DNA of 64,000 nucleotides from Dendrobates tinctorius (Eukaryota): NCBI RefSeq assembly GCF_039654945.1, contig NW_027361890.1, positions 18,352,001 to 18,416,000 of the forward strand, read 5' to 3'. Shown piece by piece: positions 11,306 to 64,000 of this stretch (position 1 is its first letter; each line of letters starts with the position of its first letter). The notes under the pieces were generated by a model. It saw only the letters and a program-made list of their open reading frames with translations, ran no database searches and was not told where the DNA came from. The position numbers and the translations under genes were made by a program.

Positions 11306-13877
11306 AGGGAAGGTGCCATCCAAATTTTTTTTTTCAGCAATTGAAAAAATGTAAAGAATTAATGTTTACATTTTCTTTAAAAATATTATAATTTGTTTTT
11401 AATTTTGCAAAATATGGAAAATAATTTTAAAAAGTTTGGCATTTCCACTTGTTAACACTAGGGGGAGCAGCTACTGAAATTAGGCACAAAAACCTAGTGT
11501 ACAACTAGCTCACATTACTGCCCTGCAGTAATTATGGGTGGAATCTGCTGACATGGGTGTGATGTTACTCCTCTCCTCCCCTTCTGGGTGTTTGCTAAGG
11601 GATAAGAGAGGATGACATCTAGGAACACAGTGAGCAGCCATTTTGATGGGGCCTACAAAGTTACTGACTGTCTTTGCATGCAAAGTCTGGATCAGAAGAG
11701 GTCATCAATCAGCAGAAATGTTTCCTGGATTTCTGAGGAGCAGACAAGAAGACGGTCCATCCATGTGTATAAAACACAGCGCTCTATGTACAATCCCTGG
11801 CACCGAACAGGGTGCCCCCCCATAGAGCAGCACACTGCTCTCCTGAAATACTCTGTGCTGCTGTCACCCTGCTCCTTCCACCATACATCAGGCCCCTGTC
11901 GCCTCGTTTTCACACATCGCCAGGACAGGATCTGAGGAGAGGAATGGGGTCTTCGGTCACTGAGGATGGCAGGCAGCAAGGATTCTGTGAGCAGGGTGAC
12001 AGCAGCATAGAGTATTTCAGGAGAGCAGTGTGCTGGTCTATGGGGGGCACAGAGTGAGATATATGGGGGAGGAGCAGGGTGACAGCACCACAGAAATCCA
12101 GGAAATATTTCTGCTGATTGATGGCCTGTTCTGATCCAGACTTTGCACGCAAAGACCCCATTCCCCTCCTCAGATCCTGTCCTGTCGATGTGTGAAAGCG
12201 AGGCGACAGGCGCAGTCCGGGGTGACTCTGGGAAGCAGGATGGGGGAAATGGAGCCATACAGTAACGATAAAAATAAGACCCCTCTCTTCAGCTGCCTCA
12301 CAAGCCCTCCCCTGACTGCACCTAACTATTACCCCTGACCCGTGTGCAGGTGCTCAGCCAGAACCACCCTAGAATGGGTCCCTTTTTCCCCTTTTAGCAG
12401 ATAATACTGCCATAGTGTTCTCACATAATACCGCCATATACTTCACACATAATACCACCATATACTTCACACAATGCCGCCATATAGATCATACACAATA
12501 CCACCATGTAGATCACACATAAAACCAGCAGGGTGACAGCAGCACAGAGTATTTCAGGAGAGCAGTATTACACGGGATAGGATTAGATACACGGCTCAGC
12601 AGTCAGTATCACACGGGATAGGATTAGATACATGGCTCAGCAGTCAGCATCACACAGGATAGGATTAGATACACGGCTCAGCTGTCAGTATCACACGGGA
12701 TAGGATTAGATACACAGCTCAGCAGACAGTATCACACGGGATAGGATTAGATACACGGCTCAGCAGACTATCACAGGATAGGATTAGATACACGGCTATG
12801 CAGACAGTATCACACAGGATAGGATTAGATACACGGCTCAGCAGACAGTATCACACAGTATAGGATTAGATACATGGCTCAGCAGACTATCACACAGGAT
12901 AGGATTAGATACACGGCTCAGCAGACAGTATCACACAAGAGAGGATTAGATACACAGCTCAGCAGTCAGCATCACACAGGATGGGATAAGATACACGGCT
13001 CAGCAGTCAGTATCACACAGGAGAGGATTAGATACACGGCTCAGCTGTCAGTATCACACGGGATAGGATTAGATACACAGCTCAGCAGACAGTATCACAC
13101 GGGATAGGATTAGATACACGGGTCAGCAGACTATCACAGGATAGGTTTAGATACACGGCTCAGCAGACAGTATCACACAGGATAGGATTAGATACACGGC
13201 TCAGCAGACAGTATCACACAAGAGAGGATTAGATACACAGCTCAGCAGTCAGCATCACACAGGATAGGATTAGATACAGGCTCAGCACAGTATCACACAG
13301 GAGAGGATTACATGTCCAGCAGATGGTCAAGTGTTTTGAAACAGCATGGAACAGCTCCTCCTATCTTTTGCAAGAGCAGGGGCTGCAGCTGGTCGGGTGT
13401 TTTGGAAAGAGCAGCTCGGTCTCCAGCAGCTCGTCCTGATACCTCTCCTGCAGCTGGTATGTGCAGAGTGAACATCCAAGCCGTTATGCTGGAACAGTAC
13501 AGCATCTATGGCTTGCAATAGAGTGTAGTTGGAGCTAAAAGGAAAGCACTGGGATCTAATAAAATGGCGCCTGGCCACACCTACAGCTGTGAAGTGAGCT
13601 GCCCACAGAGGCGTGCCCAGTTCACTCCTGATGCTGCTGCAATGAAAGAGATGGGGTCGGGAGCCGACTGTTATGTCTTATGCCCAGGGACTGCCGTAAA
13701 TGAGTATGGAAAGTGTCGTTCAGCAGCCAGAAAGGTAAGATGGCAGCTCCCAGCGGCTGCATTAATACAGTAAAAAAACCAAACCATGCACACCACTGAG
13801 TCAAGCTTAGGGGACATTATCTTTTTATACTATTTTCTTTTTTACATTAAATTATGAAAAAACACGGCACCTTCCCT
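11306..13877. mobile_element. Kolobok/T2-type non-autonomous DNA transposon
   Basis: TTAA-AGGGAAGGTGCC...GGCACCTTCCCT-TTAA terminal inverted repeats with TTAA duplication; no transposase seen. Confidence 0.75.
12567..13310. repeat. 41-bp minisatellite, about 18 copies
   Basis: Unit CACACAGGATAGGATTAGATACACGGCTCAGCAGACAGTAT in tandem, with no unique spacers. Confidence 0.95.
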
Positions 13878-13982
13878 TTAAGTTAACTGTGCAAACTGCT
13901 TAGCAGGCATTCTCTAGGAGTTGATTTCATTGAATAGGTGAGTTTGTGATTCCTCCGACATTGATCTGAAATAAGATCTCAC

Positions 13983-59013
<45,031 letters not shown>

Positions 59014-59175
59014 CTGAAGCAGAAACAAGGAAAAGTTGTTAAATTCTACGGTCAAATATCGTCTCCACAAAGATTGACACACATCACCTAATATACATGC
59101 AATCCTTATGTCATCGCTGTGGGAGTCGGAGTCAGTGTTGCTAAAAGTGCAACAACTCTGGCTAAATTATTTAAG

Positions 59176-59595
59176 CACCACTCCAGCCGTTTTTATTTCA
59201 CTACCAGAGCGGTAGCACTAACCTAACTTCCCTCCCCGTAGGTTTATACTCACCAGCCACCGTCTTCTTCGGTTATTGGCACCACTCTGGTCATCTTCTG
59301 CTGTTTGTGACCAAACAGATCGCTCCAGTGTTTTCTGGGTGATCCGGAAGTCACTACGCAATGCAAGTCTGAGAGCCAGAGTGAGGCCCATACACTTACA
59401 CCAAGAACTTGTGACTGTTACCTGTGACTGCCGGTCAGTTAGAAGTTGCGGTCACAAAAAGTTCGATTGGGACTCCAGTGGCGCAGGGAGGAGCAGAAGA
59501 CAGGGGCTGCTGGTAAGTGTAATACTATTAAGGGCTTGGAACATGGATTCATACCACTCCAGCTGTGAAATAAAAAAAAACACTGGAGAGGTGGT
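59176..59595. mobile_element. TTAA-flanked MITE
   Basis: TTAA-GCACCACTCCAG...CTGGAGAGGTGGT-TTAA. Confidence 0.6.
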
Positions 59596-59871
59596 TTAAC
59601 ATTGCATGAGCATTTTTTAGATGCATGGCCGTCGAATGTTTGGCTAATTGAGTCAACAGTCCTTCTTTCAGGGGTGTTGGGGTCAAGATGAACCCATGAC
59701 TTATCACTTTTTCACAGATGACACCGGAGAGATCACACGGCTGCTACCAGTTGTCAAGAAAACGCAACTCCTCTGCCTCCAATCGCCAGGACAATTAAGG
59801 AATTGGCTGATGTGTAGTGGTCGAGGATGCTTCCACTGCTAGGCCAGTTATTGGAGAACTGGGAGCGTAGG

Positions 59872-60729
59872 GTCCTCCACGCTAGAAGCAGTCACCCAAA
59901 GCATATTCTTAAATCAATACTAGAGGGTGCTTGTACACGTTTAAAAAGGAATTTTTGCCGAGAGGACGACATGATTTCTGAGTTTGAGATGCCGCAGAAA
60001 AATTGAAAAAACGCAGCTATCCTATATGGGGCATTAAAGAGAGCGCGGGATATAGTAAGCAACAATGACAGAGATGATTTACTTTATCCAAAAAATAATT
60101 AACATCTGAATAGAGCAAGTAGAAAAAATAAACTATACATTTGTTTGAGGTATAGTCCACAATTTAATGAAATAAGGAAAACTATTTTTAAATGCTTGAC
60201 TATTTTAAATGATGAAATATTGGCTGGTATTTTAGATTCTGGTGACAATGTGGTAGCTAGGCGTGCCCCTATTTAAGGAAATACTATTTCACCGGGTATT
60301 TTTAACTCTAAAATGAGCAAAAACAATTGGTTGCAATGTAAAGGTTTTTTCAGGTGCGGTAATACGAAATGTGCAATGTGTAAATATGTGCAAACGGGTA
60401 AGATTTTTAATAATCAGGATGGCACCCAAACGCATAATATTAATAATTTCAAAAATTGCAATTCAAAAAAATATTGTTTACAAAATTGAATGAACTGAAT
60501 GCAATTTAATGTACATAGGGTGCACCACTAGGAAATTAAAAACGTGTTTCTCCGAACATGTCAGAGACATAATTTACAATAATATTAGTAACCGCAAAAT
60601 TTCCATGGACTCTAAGCATTTTATTTTACAGCATAATAAAAATATTTCCTCATTTAGGAAATCCTAAACGGGGAGGTGATATTAGGAGATGCCTCCTTAC
60701 TCGGGAGGCGTTTTGGATTTATAGTCTGG
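59872..60729 (+). mobile_element. Penelope-like retroelement fragment (RT thumb and GIY-YIG endonuclease), degenerate
   Basis: Reads SSHPKHILKSI, GFFRCGNTKCAMCKY, NCNSKNIVYKIE.. CNLMYIGCTTRKLK..EH and REAFWIYSLE across frameshifts; AT-rich. Confidence 0.85.
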
Positions 60730-63700
60730 AAACATGGATTTTTCTGAGTACTCACCGTAAAATCCTTTTCTCCGAGACGCTCATTGGGGGACACAGGTAC
60801 TGTGGGTGTATGCTACTGCCGTCTGGAGGCTGACACTAAGTACACAAAAAAAAGTTAGCTCCTCCTCCGCCGCATACACCCTCGCCCCGATTGCGGGCGG
60901 AAACCAGTTTAGTGCAACAGCAGTAGGAGAACACAAAACAAATTAGCCTTAACGCAGAATACATATGTCTGAAAAAGGACCACCCTACCTTTTAAAAAAG
61001 GAATTCTACTAATTAAATAAACAAGAGCCAACTGGCTGTCAGGGTGGGTGCTGTGTCCCCCAATGAGCGTCTCGGAGAAAAGGATTTTACGGTGAGTACT
61101 CACAAAAATCCATGTTTCTCCTTCGTCTCATTGGGGGACACAGGTACTGTGGGACGTCCTAAAGCAGTCCCTAGGTGGGAAGTCAACTCACCGATCCAAG
61201 CCGCATGCCCCCCTGTTTAAAGGTGCGCCACTGCCGCTTGGAGAATTTTTCTACCCAGGCTCGCATCTGACGAAGCCAGAGTATGCACATTGTAATGCTT
61301 AGAAAAAGTGTGCAGGCTGGACCAGGTTGCTGCTTTGCATACCTGCTCTGCCGAAGCCTGGTGCCGAAGCGCCCAAGAGGCACCCACTGCCCGAGTAGAG
61401 TGCGCCCCTATCCCTGTAGGAATCGGTGTGCCTCTAATACGGTAAGCCTCTTGAATAGTTAGACGAATCCATCTGGCTATGGTCGACCTCGAGGCTGCGA
61501 GCCCCTTCCTGCACGCTTCGGGGATCACAAACAGCGAGTCTGTCTGGCGAAAAGGTGCTGTCCTTGACACGTACCTCCTGAGTGCTCTCACTAGGTCCAA
61601 CATGTGGAGTGCCCTTTCCACCCTATGTACTGACGCTGGACACAATGAAGGCAGAACAATGTCCTCATTAATGTGGAAAGAGGACACGACCTTCAGCAGA
61701 AAGGGGGGAGCTGGTCTAAGGACTACCTTATCCTTGTAAAAAGTCAGAAATGGTGCTTTACAAGATAGGGCTGCCAATTCCGAAACCAGCCTAATGGAAG
61801 TTATGGCTACCAAGAATACGACCTTCCTGGAAAGATATGATAATGAAACTTCTTGTAACGGCTCAAAAGGAGCTTCCTGCAGGACATCCAGGACCAGGTT
61901 AAGATCCCAGGAGTCTATGGGCGCTCTATAGGGAGGCACCAAATGGGAGAACCCTTGGGTGAACGTCTTGACCTGCATATTAGTAGCGATCCTTTGCTGG
62001 AACAGGACAGACAAGGCCGATATCTGTCTCTTAAGGGAGCTCGGGGCCAATCCTGCGTTTAGGCCTGACTGAAGAAAAGCCAGGATTTTGGGAACCGAAA
62101 AAGACAGTGGAGCAACCCCGTGCTCTCGACATCAATGAAAGAAAACCTTCCAAGTGTGATGGTAAATTCTCGCCGAGGAAGGCTTCCGGGCGCTAACCAT
62201 TGTAGCAACCACTTCACACCCAAACCCCGCCTGGGTCAGAACCCAAAATTCAACGGCCATGCCGTCAAACACAGGGCCCCTGAGTTCGGGTGGCAGATCG
62301 GCCCCTGAGACAGTAAGTCTGGCCGTTCCGGCAGACGCCAAGGCACATCTGCGAGGAGCTGCACCAGATCTGCGTACCATGCCCGACGGGGCCAGTCTGG
62401 GGCCAGCAGAATTGCCGGAACCCCCTCTGCCTTGATTTTTCTGATGACCCTCTGAAGCAGTGGCAGCGGGGGAAACAGGTATGGGAGCCGAAACTGGCTC
62501 CACGGTAGGACCAACGCATCCACTGCGATTGCTCGTGGGTCTTGGGACCGGGCGACAAACACGGCCACTTTTGCGTTTTCCCTGGAGGCCATCAGATCCA
62601 CGTCCGGAGTCCCCCACCGTTGGCATATCTGCTGGAAGACCTCAGGGTGCGGGGACCATTCCCCGGCCGCGACACCCTGCCGGCTTAGAAAATCTGCTGT
62701 CCGATTTTCCACGCCTGGTATGTGGACTGCTGAGATTACAGAGTGGTTCCCCTTGGCCCAGCGTAATACATGCTCTATCTCGCGCATGGCTGCCCTGCCT
62801 CCCTGGTGATTTACGTATGCCACCGCCGTGGCGTTGTCCGATTGAATCCGGACCGGACGCCCTGCTAGAAAGTGCTGGAAATGCTGCAGTGCCAGCAGCA
62901 CCGCTCGAATCTCTAACAAGTTGATCGGGAGGCGCGCCTTCTGATGCGACCATTGCCCCTGAGCCGTGTGATGGCGAAAAACTGCTCCCCAACCGAGAAG
63001 ACTCGCATCGGTTGTGATCACCAACCACTGATCTGGGGGGAAAAGGGCTTCCCCTGAAGAAGAGAGGAGTCGCGCGTCCACCACCGAAGTGACCGTCTGA
63101 CTCGAGGGGACAACCTGCACTGATGATCGAGCGTGAATCGACTCTTGTCCCAAGGTGTCAAGAGAGCGTGCTGCAGGGGACGAAGATGAAATTGGGCAAA
63201 CGGAATCGCTTCCATTGCCGCCACCATCCTCCCTAGGACCCTCATCCCGAATCGAATGGTGTGAGGGCTTGGTCGTTGAAGATTCCGAACTCCATGACGG
63301 AGAGCTCGAGCCTTGTCCCGAGGGAGAATTACCAACCCTCGGGAGGTGTCGAAAATCATCCCTAGAAATGAGATCCTCTGAGCTGGGACAAGGGATGACT
63401 TCTTCCCGTTGACCAACCATCCTAGGCGAGACAGGGTATCCAGCGTGTTGCTGACATTCTCTTCACATGCCCGAAAAGATGGACCCTTCACTAAGAGGTC
63501 GTCTAAGTACGGTAAAACCACTATGCCCCGAGAATGTAGAATGGCCATGACGACCACCATTACCTTCGTGAACACTCTGGGGGCAGTGGCCAACCCGAAG
63601 GGCAGAGCCACAAATTGGAAATGCCGACCATTGATTGCAAAACGTAGGAACCTTTGATGCGGGGGAAAAATAGGGTCGTGCAGGTAAGCATCCTGGACAT

Positions 63701-64000
63701 TGATCGAGGCCAAGTATTCTCCCTGCTCCATGGACGATACGGCTGAACGGAGAGATTCCATTCGAAAGTGCCTGATTCTGATGAACCTGTTCAGGAGCTT
63801 TAAGTCCAGAACCGGCCTTACTGTCCCGTCCTTCTTGGGGACCGCGAACAGGTTGGAATAAAAACCTTGCGTTTTCTCGCACTCTGGTACAGGGGCAACG
63901 ACCCCGTTGCGCTGCAGCACCTTGATGGCCCCTAGCAATGCCTCTGCCCGGGATTCTGCTTTAGGCAGCCGGGAGAGAAAAAAAATCGTCTTGGAGGATC
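60730..64000 (-). mobile_element. DIRS1-like element F (same family as C), inserted in Penelope and cut by the window edge
   Basis: Terminus and ICR (~61051-61153) nearly identical to C; YR 61217-62050+, RH/MT 62236-63040, RT 63018-63938+. Confidence 0.95.

Noticed and set aside
12567-13310. CRISPR-like periodic array
   Set aside because: Contiguous 41-bp units without unique spacers, in a vertebrate intron with no cas genes; it is a minisatellite.

Overview
This is vertebrate genomic DNA, most likely frog (inferred from its transposon families). It holds the internal part of RALGAPB (Ral GTPase-activating protein beta subunit) on the minus strand. I rebuilt 18 constitutive coding exons and one 36-nt cassette exon, all with GT-AG borders and consistent phases; the gene runs off both window edges. 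The introns are packed with mobile DNA. There are six DIRS1-type tyrosine-recombinase retrotransposons (labelled A-F), all co-oriented with the host gene, and at least five are nested inside other transposons. Also present are a DD37E (TRT-type) Tc1 element, a DD35E Tc1 fragment, a CR1 LINE, Penelope-like remnants with decayed hammerhead motifs, piggyBac-, Kolobok/T2-, hAT- and Harbinger-like non-autonomous elements, and mini/microsatellites. The most interesting signals lie inside the DIRS elements. (1) A conserved gag stop context (TCC TCR KCR TGA CT) is followed by an open 0 frame (recombinase) and an open AUG-less +1 frame (RT), suggesting a three-way recoding switch. (2) A splice acceptor sits near the element 5' end and a GTRAG donor at the 3' tip. 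(3) The leader carries a covarying hairpin. (4) One young copy encodes a Gag-RT-recombinase chimera. All calls come from reading the sequence by eye; no searches were run.
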